Assembly (NCBI GenBank): GCA_035084275.1
Contig: CM068760.1
Location: forward strand, 8,060,001-8,124,000
Origin: Hydrolagus colliei
Taxonomy: Eukaryota
Direction: 5' to 3'
Length of the DNA: 64,000 nt
The translations under genes were made by a program, and so were the position numbers. Shown piece after piece: positions 37,199 through 50,924 of this stretch. The notes below the pieces were generated by a model, which saw only the letters and a list, made by a program, of their open reading frames with translations, was not told the DNA's origin and did no database searches. The first letter of the stretch is position 1, and each line of letters begins with the position of its first letter.

Positions 37199-38094
37199 CT
37201 GTGGGGAAGAAGGGCAAGCAATTGCAATGAAACATTAAATACATACTGTTGCAGACCAACAAATCGCATCAGTGCCCATTGTTAAGAAGAGCTAAATTTT
37301 CTAAATGACAACTGTCAAAGAATGTATTGGAGTGGGTGATTAATCTGAAACGTTTATTTGCAAGAATTGCTCATTTTAGGTTCTTGAAAAGGAGTTTCCA
37401 ATCGAATGACAAAATATAGGTCTCTCCAGCTAGACTTGATTCTTTCAACTCTCCACCTTTCTGGCCGAACAGACTAAGGTCGGCCAAGCACGAAGGAACA
37501 CTTTCATCTCAAACAAGCAAATTATACGCTGCTTTCTTTTGTTTGTCTTAAAGAGTTTTAACCGTTGCTACACTTGAGAAGGCAAGTAGATAGGGTAAAA
37601 GTACCAAAGACAGTGCCACATAAAATGTCTACAATGATAAATAAAGAGATCAGATACTGCCTCTGTTAGAGGCACGCAGCACATTAGGACAAACAAAGAA
37701 ATATAGGTCATTCACGCACCCCCCAAAAAAAAACCAAGCTGTTTACAAAGGTGAGAGAGTAAAGTATCAAGTCTCAAAGAAACAGATCCACATTGTGGTT
37801 GCTAGTATCAGGCAGTTTGTACATCAATCCATTCAAATCAATTTGGATCAATTCCAATTTGTACTTGACCAGGACAGAGGTAAATGCTAGATGATGTCTA
37901 TCAAATCATTTTATGGAGATGGGTGGGGTGGGTGGGTAGGTGGGGGGAGGTGGAAACTAATATGGATTCAATGTGTTAGGGTCTGAAATAAATTATTGTT
38001 GATTAAAATCCTTTTAAAATGCATCCAAACCATCTTAAAGCCGTGTTTAAAAGAAAATACTTGTGTCTCAGTTGGGAGGGGAATGGGGGTGTCT

Positions 38095-38320
38095 CCAGCA
38101 AATTTGGAAGGGTTGTGCTAACTTCTTCCCACAAAATGGTGAGGCTGTGGAAGCAGAAAGCATCAACGTATTTAAGAGGAAACTTGATGCATGAAACGTG
38201 GGGGAGAAGGGAGTTAAGAGGGAATTAGGAAGGGGATGGAAGATCACGTGGAGTATGAATACCAGCATGCACCCACCGGGCCAAATAGCCCTGAAGCCAT
38301 GCAGTAACATTCTATGTAAA
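38095..38320 (+). mobile_element. Old CR1 3' fragment
   Basis: aacttcttcccacaaaatggtgaggctgtggaa...tttaagaggaaacttgat...gggccaaatagccctg...cattctatg. Confidence 0.6.
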
Positions 38321-38333
38321 TCTATGCCATTCA

Positions 38334-38615
<282 letters not shown>

Positions 38616-39225
38616 CTACACAACACAAGAGAGAACAAAGGACGGAGATACATAGAGACAGGTCAGTGGTGCGGGCTCTGCCTTGGGTGTGCGTATATCT
38701 TGTGGGTTTTCAATCACACCACCTGCCTGAACTCTTCCCTTACGGAACATGATTGAATCGTGATTCAGCTGTCGTCGGCCCGAACACTGATCGGTGCAAT
38801 CGCGTTAATAGAGCGATTCTGCTGACAAGAACACGGTCACTACACTTCATTGGAGACTTTGCGCTTCGAGACGTTCTGCGTGTCACAGGCATTGTCTCAA
38901 AGGCAAGAATTATTATTACTTTTATTTATCCACTTGCCAATCCTACCCGATACAGACTCAGAGAGGGAACGGGCAACAGATAAAATTCACAGCTGTTTGT
39001 GGCACACCACTATGCAAATTCGCTGCTGCGTTCATCTACAAATACCACTACACCAAACTCTGTAATGCCCTTTGAGATATATTGGCAATGTGATGAGGAT
39101 CTATCTATGTGAAATGCAATTATTATTAGTAATATTATTATATAAAATGATGGGCTGGTGAGGAAATGCCATCCCTTTAAGAGGCAAATGCTGAAGACTA
39201 AATAGATAATCAATGATAACAACTT

Positions 39226-39484
39226 TAATAATAATACTCCTTGCATTTGATATAGCGCTTTTCATGTCTTCTAGATGTCTCAAAGCGCTTCACAGGATAT
39301 ACTGTAAAGTAAATTGACTGTATATTTGTGGGTAAAACATGGCAACCAATTGTGCACAGCAGTGTCCCACAAACAGGCGTGGATTGAAATGACCAAATGA
39401 TTATTTTTTTGAGGGATTATTATTAGGCGTGTGGAGTAAGGAAACTTGCCCAAGGTTTCGCCCTGCCGGGTATCGAACCCAAGT
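39226..39484 (-). mobile_element. Dominant SINE lacking only the A-box end
   Basis: Close to the family consensus. Confidence 0.88.
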
Positions 39485-40983
39485 CAAAATATAGGCTGGT
39501 GCATCAAATGGCTGTGGAGTTAATAGGAATGCTGTGAATGTAAACCCCTCCCTCCCCCAATGTGTTTTTCGTCCACATGTTGAACTTAGCCTTTTAATGT
39601 CCTCTGCGTGCCTTTGCAAAAAGATTCTATCTGCAACTCATGAGGTTGTCTTTCTGAGTTTATCTGTGAAAAACATTTTGTTTTACAGTTCAAGGCACCA
39701 GCAGTAATTCTTCAAACATTTACCGATATTGACAGCTAAATTAGTGAATGCAATGCGGTGTCTAACGGCAACAACAAGCTTAATAATAAACACCTAACAT
39801 TCATATTAATGCTTGTGACTACTCCATTACTCAGTCTCAATTTCACCGCAAGCAATCATTGATGTGGTCAGATTGAAACACACATTCCTTTTCGTTCATT
39901 ATCACCCAAGTACACTTTTTGCTTTGCCGTGAATTAAATGTGGAGTTGGGCAAATATCGTAGCTTTGCAATCTTTAATTGGTGATAGTTTTTTCGTTTGC
40001 TGACTATAATAGAATAAAGCCTGCAGTATATAAATACACCGTTTTGCTTTGGATCAATAAGATCCCAATGCGATAGTGATGAATATTAGCCGTGATAAAT
40101 CTCACTTCACATACTACATGTTTCATTCATTCATTCTGTCGTTCGTCCATTCACTCATTTGTTCATTCATTTGTTCGTGCTTCGTGTTTCTGTTAAGTTG
40201 CTGTAAAGTTTTAGATGCAGAATTCTATGTGACGTGGTCATCATGATCTGGTTATTACACTTTCGTATCAACACAGCACAAGAAATAAGCATCGGCTGAA
40301 GGTTGTTTCAGTGCACAAAGAACGTTTGTTGAACTGAAACAAACTGCTCTGCTCAATTTCTAATCGAAAAGACAGCGTTCCATTAAAACAGTAAATGAAA
40401 GCTTCACTTGATAGGTCTCTTTCCTGTTGTTGCTCGATTTTCACCATTGAGCACAGTCACTGGACATGTTCCCTCTTTGTTAAAGCTTTAAAGATTCGAA
40501 ACATCATTTTGGGAATAATCCATAACTGTGTGTTTAGAGAGCAACAACAAATTTCCAAGTACTGGTTCCAATAGTTTCACAGCAGAATTGAAACTACAGT
40601 ACTAAGATGCAATGACTTCTGTAGCTCTGCTAAATGCTCTGAGACGCTGCCTGGCATGAAGGGCACTGTATACAATGCAAGTTGTTTTTGTAGTTTGCCT
40701 CCAAAATATGCAATCACTCCATTTTACAGTAAATTCTGTGAAACTCTTCCGAGATATTCTCCAAATGTGAAATGCGATTGATCAAATGCAAGGACTATTT
40801 ATCAATTATCAATGGTCAATCCTTTGAATGCCTCAGTCAATTCTGGATCTTCTCTTTTTGTAGATGCATTTTGTGCATCATTCCACCTTTTTCCACCTTA
40901 TCAAACTCAACCTTTTGTTTGGCTGCTTAAGCACTCTCCAAATGGACTGTGAGGACGGAGTGGGACATTTAAGTAGTACTGTA

Positions 40984-41340
40984 CATAAGAACATAAGAAT
41001 TAGGAGCAGGAGTAGGCCAATCGGCCCCTCGAGCCTGCCCCGCCATTCAATAAGATCATGGCCAATCTTCTAATCTAACTCCACCTGCCCACTTTATCCG
41101 CATATCCCTTAATCCCATTGGCCATAAGAAATCTGTCAATTTCAGTCTTGTATATGTTCAAGGACTGAGCATCTACTGCCTTCTGGGGTAGAGAATTCCA
41201 TAAATTCACTCCCCTCTGAGTGAAGAAGTTTTTCCTCAACTCAGTATGAAAAGGCTGACCCCCTAATCTTAAGACTATGACCCCCCTAGTTATTGTTTCT
41301 CCAACGAGGGGAAACAGTCTCCCACTGTCTACTCTGTCAC
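40984..41340 (-). mobile_element. CR1 LINE 3' fragment, second subfamily with a (TTCTTATG)n tail
   Basis: cataagaacataagaattaggagcaggagtaggcc on +; the - strand translates ...RKNFFTQRGVNLWNSLPQKAVDAQSLNIYKTEIDRFL. Confidence 0.88.
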
Positions 41341-41854
41341 GCAGAGATGTACTCATAATACAGTGCGGCTTAAACCTCCAACTCAAGCCAAGAGTAATTT
41401 GGATATAACTGAACAATGTTATGGATATTCACTGCAGCTGTACGTCGACTGTTGTACCAATTGATGTGGAGGTTTATGTAATACAGATTGAAAAGTATTT
41501 TACAGATTTAAGTGCAGTATGTTAAATGCATGTATGTATTGGTAAGGTAACAAGTAGCTTAGGAATTACATTGTCCAATAATAATATATGATACGACTGT
41601 CTGCTCTGTGTATGTGCGTGATTTTCAGGTTGGAATCGAGCCCTTGAGAGGGAGGGTTTGGACACATTGACCCAAGTTTAATGGCAACGTTTCAAATGCT
41701 GAATTGTTATTTAATGACCAACCGTGTATTAAAAACAACATGTTAAGGGAAACAATGTAAGAGAGAATTGTGGGAAAGGAAGTCAGGGCATACATGTCAA
41801 CCTCTTCTGGATACAAAGTGAATTAAGAATTCCCAGTCCAGAAATACATCATAA

Positions 41855-42256
41855 TAAATAATCATTCCATTTGAGATATCTGCTTTCACATCGGGAGCAC
41901 ATCTCACAAGTGCTTCACCAGATATACTGTAAAATGTAGTGACTGTGTACTGTTGGACAAACACGGCAGCAAATTTGAGCACAGCAAAGTCTCCTAAGCA
42001 GCCTTGCAGTGAATGACCAATTTCGTTTGGGGTATTATTGGCCAGGACACTGGGAGAAACTCTCTTCTCCAGCAATGCTGTGGGATCATAAACGTCCACC
42101 TGAATGGACAAAGACGGGATCTTGGGTTTAATGACTCATCCAAAAGCCTGCGCCTCCAACAATGCAACAACAACAACAATGAGTCCACCTCTCTACGTGA
42201 GGCTTCAACCCACAATCGTCTGACTCAGGCAATACTTCTACCAACTGAGCCACTCT
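41855..42256 (-). mobile_element. Deu-domain SINE, near full length
   Basis: Reverse complement of the head (gtggctcagttggtag...gagtcagacgattgtgggttgaagcc), the Deu core and the tail. Confidence 0.72.
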
Positions 42257-42329
42257 GCCACCAGTATGTTTCTACATCTGAGGACTGACGGATGAATAGA
42301 TCAGAGTTGTTGATGTGACTGTACCAAGC

Positions 42330-42650
42330 AACAACAACAATAGATTACATTTATATAGCGCCTTTCACTTCGGGAGGATGTCCCAAGGCGCTGAACAGTT
42401 AGATAGGGACCAGAGTTGGGGGGAGAGGTCGGGATAGGGGGAAGGAGAGTAGGAGAATTGACTGTATGTTCGTGGGCGAAACGAGGCAGCCAAATTGCAC
42501 ACAGCAGTGCCTCACAAACAGTCGTGGAAGTGGGGTTAGGGGAGAAAGGGGGAAAAGAGGGTAAGGGGGGAGAGGGAGGGAAAGGTGGGTTGGGGTAAAG
42601 TCAGGGAGAAAAAGTGGGGGAGAAGGGGGGGTAAGGGTAAATAGTGCCTT
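42330..42650 (-). mobile_element. L2 3' fragment containing an internal SINE core piece (42455-42528)
   Basis: (AAC)n plus hairpin, then a G-rich L2 3' UTR interrupted by aattgactgta...cacaaacagtcgtgga. Confidence 0.68.
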
Positions 42651-43269
42651 TGGGTAGCTGCAACATTTGCTTCTTCTGTTTAAACATTGCTGATTCATGA
42701 TCAGCACAATGACTGTCAAAATGTATTTTTCCAAACCGCCCTTGAGACAATATTTTTTTAAACTTTTTTTGAATGCATTGTAGATGACAGCAGAGGATGA
42801 GAGGAGCATAGTTAGGATAGGCTCAAATTTTCACCGGGAATAGAAATGGTTAAGAACGCATCAAATACAGAGAGAGGTCTTCGACCTTTCTTTTTGATCG
42901 TGCTTACAGTCACTGCCCCCTTCCTCTCCCCCCATCCTCGGTGTCAGACTCAGCCATTGTCAAACGCTACCCCACGTAAAGGGCACTATATAAATACAAG
43001 TTATTGTTGTTGGAAAAGCTTTATACAGAGAGGATGAGTAATGAGGGATGACGGCTGTTGTTTGTTAAATCAAGAATAAACTCGGGACGAGATAAAGTGG
43101 AGGTTTGAAGGATGTTTTGGCACAGGTATAGCTAGACCATGGAATGCTTTGCAAGAATTGGCTATCGAGGCTGTAGACTTTAACAACATTTCACGAGACC
43201 ACTTGAAATGGAATTAGATGAACATTTGGTTCAAGGCTTGAGTATCAGTGCACCTCGTTCACTTCAAAA

Positions 43270-43460
43270 TAATCCGCTAAAAAAAAATAAAAAATTTGGT
43301 CACTCAATCCAAGATTCTTTGTGGGACACTTCTGTGTGCAATTGGCTGCCAAGTTATGCCCACAAAATGTACACTCAATTAAATTGACGCCATATTCTGT
43401 GAAGTGCTTTGAGACGTCTCGAAGGCGCTTTGTATCAAATGCAAGAATTATTCCTATTAT
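43270..43460 (+). mobile_element. Dominant SINE body
   Basis: Family body and tail. Confidence 0.8.
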
Positions 43461-43877
43461 TCTTATCAAAAGATCTGCTCAGACTATTCCAACAGAAGAT
43501 AAATCTCAATGAAGAGATATGAACGGCGCTTTCAGATGCAGCATTAAACAACCACGCCGTTCCCATTTACAACTTGTGGTTAGTTGTCCTTGAATACATT
43601 ATTGATGTGCCCTGCAGGGATTGAGATGTCACTTATGAGCAGTTGAGTAAAAGTCCATTGGCTCTGAAAACCTGGAACTATACAGTACACAGCAAAAACT
43701 ACTTGGCATCACGTTTCTTGAATATAGCTCACCATTTTGTTTTAAAAGTGAAATCGATTAGAAAATAAGTGCAATTCCATCTATTTGTAACTGTTCATGA
43801 TATCTCACTTCAGGCAATGGATTGAGATTTGTTAGGATGCACAGAGTCCCTGAAGGGGTTTCTGAGTCTAGAATTTG

Positions 43878-44105
43878 AATAGTAATAATCCTTGTAGTTG
43901 ATATAGCGCCTTTTCATGTTGTTGAGATGTTTCAATATGCTTCACAGAATATATTGCGACGTATATTGACTGTATGTTTTGTGGGTGAAACGCGGCAGCC
44001 AGTTGCGCACATCAATGTCCTACAAACAGTCGTGAATCGAGTGACCAACTTATTATTATTAATATTTTCAGGCAATGTTACCCCCCCGAAAGCGATCTGC
44101 TCATC
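43878..44105 (-). mobile_element. Dominant SINE body (long-variant remnant)
   Basis: Family body; inverted relative to 43270-43460. Confidence 0.75.
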
Positions 44106-45870
44106 AACTAAGCCTTCCCTTATGATTTCTAATAAGGCGTTCATTTTAAAACCTTGTTGAAGATGATCAGAGACACTTAAAGCCCCCAGAATGTTGAGTT
44201 GTTGTTGTGGTCATATGTGACTCTTGAAATTTGCAAATATCTCAGAAATCAACTAAATCAAAGATAGCTTGATGGGACTTGTTTGTTTTTGCGTAGAAAT
44301 GCGGCTCCTGTTGACTGCTTGTGACTCCAAATAGTGGCAATAGCAGGCGAAGCGCTTTCAGAACTGTAGCCCCATTTCCCCGTGAAAAAATATAAAATAA
44401 AAATAGCACAAGTTTAAAGCGTTTTCTTTGTGCTGACAATGCTGGCGAATGTTCTTCAGTTGCTGCACATTCCTCTGATCTTCTTCGGCCCCAAATCATT
44501 TGCAGCAAATTGTTTTTGCAGATGTTGTGCAAAAAGAAGGGAGGTGCACAGTTCGAGAAGCTGTAAAAAAAACCCTTTAAGGGGCACAAAGCATTGAAGC
44601 ATTTCTTCACGCAGCGAGTTGTTTGGATGTGGAATGCCCTGGCTGAAATGTTAGTAGAAGCAAATACGATAATAAAGTATAAAATATATTGTAAAATATA
44701 TTTTAAAATGAATTGACTGTACATATGTGGATGAAACACGGCAGCCAATTGCACACAGCAGTGTGCAATTGGAATCCGAATGTCTTACCCCTCGTAAAGT
44801 GTGCACAGACAGGACCGAGACTCCATCAAGTGCCCAGAAACGTTTCACAGAAGAGCAACTGGCTGAACCCAACATTAATTACGTTAACCTTCCTTATTTA
44901 TTTACGGCTGGCATACTTTTCATGAAAGGACCCTACCTTTATAAACAGAACAGCATGCCTGATCTTGACAGCAGTCTTACTCAGTTATTATAATTTAAAC
45001 CAAGATTTGCGAAAGGACACAACAGAAATCAGTTGGTGGGGTGGGGGGTAACTAACAAGACCACCGTATCATCAATAGGCTGAGGGTTTTTTCTGATAAC
45101 CCAAAGAGATGGTTGATTTCTTTTTTTTTAAAAGAGGCCAAAAGAACAATTTTCATTTAAAAGTAAAAGTCTGGTGTGTTTTTCTGGACACATGGCTCAG
45201 AAGAAGGTGAGCTCGGAGTAAATTTCTTTCCCCCTTTCCCCCCCCACCCTCCCCAATTGAGCTTCGAATCATCTCCACTGTCAGTGATTGATATCATTAA
45301 GAACAATATGGTTCCCTGGAGTTTCACTAGAAAATGACCGTTCTATCTGATTGGAATGATACTTATCAGAATGCTATAACGTTCATAACACATCATGAAG
45401 GAATAGCAATTATTCCAACAGCTGGTTTTATTTAATTGAAAATTACACACACATTGGACTTAGTCTTGGGACTCAACCGAAGTCTGCCTTGACAAAACAG
45501 CCAGCATTGTTTTATTGTATAATCAGAAAATCCTTCGAAGACTATTATCTCCTCCTATAATTAAAACAATACTGTGCACTGCGGCTTTATGATCGAGTTT
45601 GACAGTACTGTACTAAGTGATTTTTTTTCGTATGGTGGGGAATTTTTTTTGTTGATTCAGTTTTAATCTATCGTGAGTGAATCTGCTGCTTTTCGTTTGA
45701 ATTTTATCTCTTGACTTACACGTGATGGTGACAGCTGAAAATGTCCTGGCACACACAATATGCACGGAGATTACAGCAATGAAATGCTGAAATGTTGCAA
45801 TGTATGTAAGTTGATGGAGTGGGGGTGAAGGGGAGAGAAAGTTGGTTTAAAGTGTTTGTGTTTATGTGGT

Positions 45871-45890
45871 GGGGGGGGGGGGGGGGGGGG
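45871..45890. repeat. Poly-G tract (20 nt)
   Basis: Direct reading of the sequence. Confidence 0.9.
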
Positions 45891-47899
45891 AGGTGTTGTA
45901 TGTGGAAATTGCGACTGAAAGCGCTAGAAATCGGGACTCAATCTTTATTATTTGTAGGTACGTTAGTCTTGAGACATTGCTGTGTGTAAATTGGCTGGCG
46001 CCTTTGCCTCCAAAAAATAGGTAGCCGCTGGGCATTAGGGTAATTGATGCAAAGTGTTTTGAGATGTCCTCGAGAACAGGAGAGGCACCTTGTCAGATAT
46101 TATTATTATTTGTTTTCTTATTTCGTAAACAAAGGTGGGAAGGACTATCATTTTCCCAACCCTGAAGATTCGAAATTTGCTTAAGATTCTTTGATTTGCT
46201 TAATTTCTCCTGACATGAAAGGTGCTATACAAGTGTCATTTTGTTGTTGTTGTTGTTGTTGCCAGAGATGGCTAGAATAATTGCAATCATTTTATGTGTG
46301 TCTTCGTGTCTTTGGTGAGTAGGTGTCGATTCCTTCTGAAATCAGGATCTTTTAGTCAAATCTTTTTGTCACCTGGTACTTCAAAGCATCACAACCACTT
46401 TGTTAGTTATCTGCACATCTGCCTCTTGTTTCTGCCGACTTTCCTTCAATGCTGTGGTCCTGGGTGGGTGTACTTTAAGCCTCATTAGCGCATATGTAGT
46501 TGAGCTTTGTACAGACTTGAGTGTTTGAACAAGTGCTTGGGTGAATGAATCACTTCAGTGGTTTCTTATGTCAGGTTCAGCACACTCAGATGAATGGTTT
46601 CTCTTGGAAAACCCGCCGATGGCTCAAAGTCTTGGGGACAAAAAAAGCAGGTGATTCCAAATCCCCAAAGCTCTGGGAACTGTTGCTATCCCACTGGATC
46701 AAAGCAGCTTCTTGTTGAAGCTGAACTGCTTGTATTTCAAAGGCCAATTTTCAAAATGTTGATTGGAGAAATCAAACACAGTTTGCAAGTTTGATGATGC
46801 AATTTGTCTTGTGAGTTTCCAGCTGAAAAGGTTTAACACTTGTTCAGATGTCACAAGTCCAGTCCCTCCTCCTCGCCCCCCTCCCTGGCCTCATTCAAGT
46901 CTCACCTCAAGACTCTCCTCTTCGATGGACCCATCGGCAACTCCTTATTCCCCCCCTTCCCTCCCCCTCCCTGTCATCAGCTTGGGTCTGAGAGGGTAAA
47001 TGTGGCATCATTGCAATTAGAAAGCTTCTGCTTTACCCACCAAATACCAAAGCAAAAAAAGGTTGTGTGGCAAGGACTAGAACTGTCTGAACACGATTGT
47101 AAAAACAACTAATTGTAAAGGTCCCTTGGGTTTCTTTTGGTCAGCCAGAAACCCATCACCACGCTTAAGACCAGACCAAATAGTGGAGTCTCCCTTGTCA
47201 AGTGACCGTTCTTCTATTAGCCAGTGCTGAGGTGGATGTGGTGGGTAGGCTAGCGATACAGTACTATAAATACCTCCTTCATTAATTCGTCCTGCAGACA
47301 GAGCGTTTGAGAGCTTTTCAAGTGTTCCCGAGTTGCATTACATCCCTGGCCATTGTAAATGTCCGTCAATGGCCTCTACACTGTTGTGGTGATGCTTTAA
47401 AATCTTAGCCTTCGTTAAACTCATGGACACCAGGACTAAAACAGGAAGAATTCTCCCTTGACGGGCCTCATGTAACTAAATTACCCATTTTCTTGTGTCT
47501 TTTTTGTTACGATTTTAACATAAATTTCCGAGCACTGGGAATGCTGAGACCATTGCTTACTTACATAAGGCCATTCATTCATTAGCACAATCATGTGACA
47601 TTCCATCCATGGTTACGTACTACCAAACTGTCACTAAAACTGCCAACCACAGGAAAGTCAGCCCTATAGATTCTAACACTAATTTTAAGCTTTGAATTAA
47701 CAACATATAGGACATTACATTTGAAACAGATGTTGAAACAGATTGAAAGGCTCTCTAAAAAAATAAACTAAATTTAGATCTGTTTCTAGGCAGGCTTACT
47801 GTTGTTTTTACTGTATGTCACCACTCCCTGAAACTCGATAAATGTCCCAGTAAATGTTGCCAGTGGTTTCTATTCAATAATGTACTTCTTCATTTAAAT

Positions 47900-48166
47900 A
47901 AATAATAATTTGGTCCCGCAATCCACGTTTGTGTTTGTGGGACACTGCTGAGCGCAATTGGCTGTCGCGTTCACCCACAAATACACAGTCAATTCACTTT
48001 ACAATATATTCTGTGAAGCGCTTTGAAGCATCTCGAAGACGTGAAACGTGCGATATCAAATGCAAGGATTATGCTCCTGGCTCGGTTCCGGGATCCGCTA
48101 TGGTGAAGCGCTCTGAGACACCATCCGGCTTGGAGGGCGCTATATAAATCAAAATTGTTGTTGTTG
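47900..48166 (+). mobile_element. SINE body followed immediately by an L2 3' end
   Basis: ...tgcaaggattat then gaagcgctctgagacacc...gggcgctatataaatc...(TTG)n. Confidence 0.78.
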
Positions 48167-48924
48167 TATTATTGATCTATGTCTTGCGGAGCTAACCTAT
48201 TCAGCACTTGGCAGTCAATAAGTAAGATCAATAAATGTGTCTGTTTGTGGTACGTTTCAAATGGAAACAGCTCTTGTTTGCATCGAATCAATCGGACACA
48301 ACATTCTCTAATCTCTGTCCAAGGCCTTGGGACGTCCTGAAAGGCGCTCTATAAATGTAATTTTGTTGTTGTTTCATTGTTGTTGTAATCACACTACCAA
48401 CATCCACCATGTCTGAAAGCCTGTAATTAAAGATAATTACATTTGTTGGACTGGTGGACACCAGTAACCTAAAATCGCTTACATTGGGAGCTTCAGGATT
48501 ATTTTCTCTCGAATGTTTAGGATCATGCAAAGTTTTGGAATATTAAAATATTGGAATATTGGAAGTTAGTCTGTGCATTCTCTTTTTTGGGGCTGACACA
48601 GAAAATTGGCTTTCAAGTTAACGCTGAACATTAGAATTTTCTCCAAATTGATGTGATATTAAATTTAAAGTATTGAAGCTAACAACATGACCAATTTTTT
48701 TGGGGGGGTGGTGGGGTGTTTGAACAGAGAGATAAGTCTCTCGGTTCTCTGTGTCATCTCCAGGAAAAGGAGATAGTGGCAATCCTTCTGGGAAAGAGTG
48801 GGATTAATGGGATTAATACCATTCGATAGAGAAAATATCCGAATATCTGTGGAAATGTTTTTTTTCCCACCAATTCTTCCATTACTTTCTCTCCCTCCGG
48901 AAGGTTGTTAACTTGTTCTTCATA

Positions 48925-49262
48925 TAATAATAATCCTTGCATTTGGTATAGTGCTTTCCACATCTTATCAACGTCTCAAAGCACTTCACAGAATATACTG
49001 TAAAGTGAATTGACTGTATATATTTGTGGGCAAATCGCGGCAGCCAATTGCGCACAGCAGTGTCCCACAAACAGTCATGGATTGAAATGACCAATTTTAT
49101 TATTGTGGTTTTTTGGAGGGATTATTATTTGGCGTGTGGAGTAAGGAAACTTGCCCAAGGTTTCACCCTGACCTGCCTGGATTACGAACACAGGTCTCCC
49201 CAGCTTGGTCTCCCCAGCTTGCAAGACAAGTGCTCTAACCACTGAGCCACAGGAGCTCCACA
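48925..49262 (-). mobile_element. Dominant SINE, full length, with a 14-bp tandem duplication in the head
   Basis: ggtctccccagctt occurs twice at 49193-49220; the remainder is near consensus. Confidence 0.9.
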
Positions 49263-50529
49263 ATATATGAGGGTGAGTAGAGATCAGCAAGCTATTAAAC
49301 TGATCATCACCTAATTCAGCTGTTCACCAACAAAATGTTCCAACACGGGGAGAAGAGAGCAGAGAGCGAGCGGTCACTGATGGCAATTAGGCACGGGAAC
49401 CCTGATTGATTTTTTGCTCTCTCTGTCTAGCCCAGGGGTACTGCTGCCAATTGTTGGTATCTTTACTGCTGTCCTGGTTTGACAGTTAGTTTGGCAACGA
49501 TTTGGATCAGGGTACTGTCCGGGCGGTGGCTAAACGCAACTGAGCCCTGCGAGGAGATGCTCACTTTACGGATTTGGAAAGCAAACAAAATAAGGGTGAA
49601 AATTATCTTGAAGTCGTCTGTCACATTCATTCCGCCCCCAAAACGTTGCATTTTTCACCCCCCCTCCCCCCCCCCCCCGTGTTTCAGCCGCGCAGGGAGG
49701 GCGTCCGATAACCATCTCAAGAGGCAGTCATTGATTTTAATGAAAGAAATAAGTGATGTGTCCCATGTTGCGAAACATGATTTCTCACATAATGAGCCTT
49801 TAAGGTTTAGTTTGCTCACAGTCGACTTGATCTGAAAGGGATTTGTTTTCTCAGACCCTCAGCACTCTGCTGTTAGGACGTCGCCCGCAAAGGTTGCGCC
49901 TCTTTGTGCGAACCGGGCTGTCTTTCTGCACGTGAGGCTCATGCAGTCCTTTTAAAGATGTTTTGATTGCCAGCGAAGCTGAACAAACCTCCACGCTTCA
50001 GCTCATTTGGCTTTTCTTTTAAGCCAACGTCAAGCAAAACAAGTGCCTCGGGAGAAATATGTAACTCTTGTTGCAGTGTTTATCAAGGGGAATTGTTTTG
50101 ATCTGTTCAAATGTTTTCGACTGTGAGAGTCATGCCGTTCTATTTTGACTTGTTGTCTCGTAGTTTTGGGATTCTTTGTGTGCCGTCTGTATGTGTGAGG
50201 GCAGAGGGCAGCCTTTAGTTTCTGCCCTTTTCCCTTTCTAGTCGCTCTGCACAATGCCGCTCGCTCAACCGAGGGAACGGTCAGACCAGCTCCCAATGGT
50301 GGTCAGTGTCAAGCCTGTGCAAAGTGCGTGAGAGCCCCAGGCAACTGCCATTGTAGTTTTCATTCTTTTCCTTCAGGAGGCGCTGACCCTGACTTGGTGA
50401 CATTCTTGGGATCAGAAACTCACTGTGGGGTGGCCCCATATCTAACCGACGTTGTTCCCAGAATTACAAAGCTTCACACAGTAATAATAATCAGAATAAT
50501 ACGTGAATACGTTTGAATACACAAACAAG

Positions 50530-50630
50530 CCCCGGTTCTGACGAAGGGTTGTGGACCTGGACTCTTTTTCCTTTCTCCATGGATGCTACCTGACCTGCTG
50601 AGTTTCCCCAGCAACTTCTGTTTTTGTTTT
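50530..50630 (+). mobile_element. Penelope-like element terminal remnant
   Basis: ttctgacgaagggtt...ttcctttctccatggatgctacctgacctgctgagtttccccagcaacttctgtttttg resembles the common chondrichthyan Penelope-type terminal repeat (from recall, not from a search). Confidence 0.6.
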
Positions 50631-50924
50631 TGTTGATAATAATGCGTGTGTTTGATACAGCACCTTATCAAGTCATTAAGATGTTTCAAAGTGCTTCTCA
50701 GAGTTTATTGTAAAGTGAATTGACTGTATTTTATTTTCCCTGACATCTAAGAAAGGATAAGTGGTGTTGCCCCCAAACTATAGAGAACCTCACTGCCCAG
50801 ACTCGTTCATGTAGAACGGGAGAGGTACTGGAATGTGCACTCGCCTACGGAATCAGATCTCAACGCAAAGCCTTTGGGACAGTATTAAAATGCAAGAATT
50901 ATTGGTACTTCAAAGAAGAGAAAG

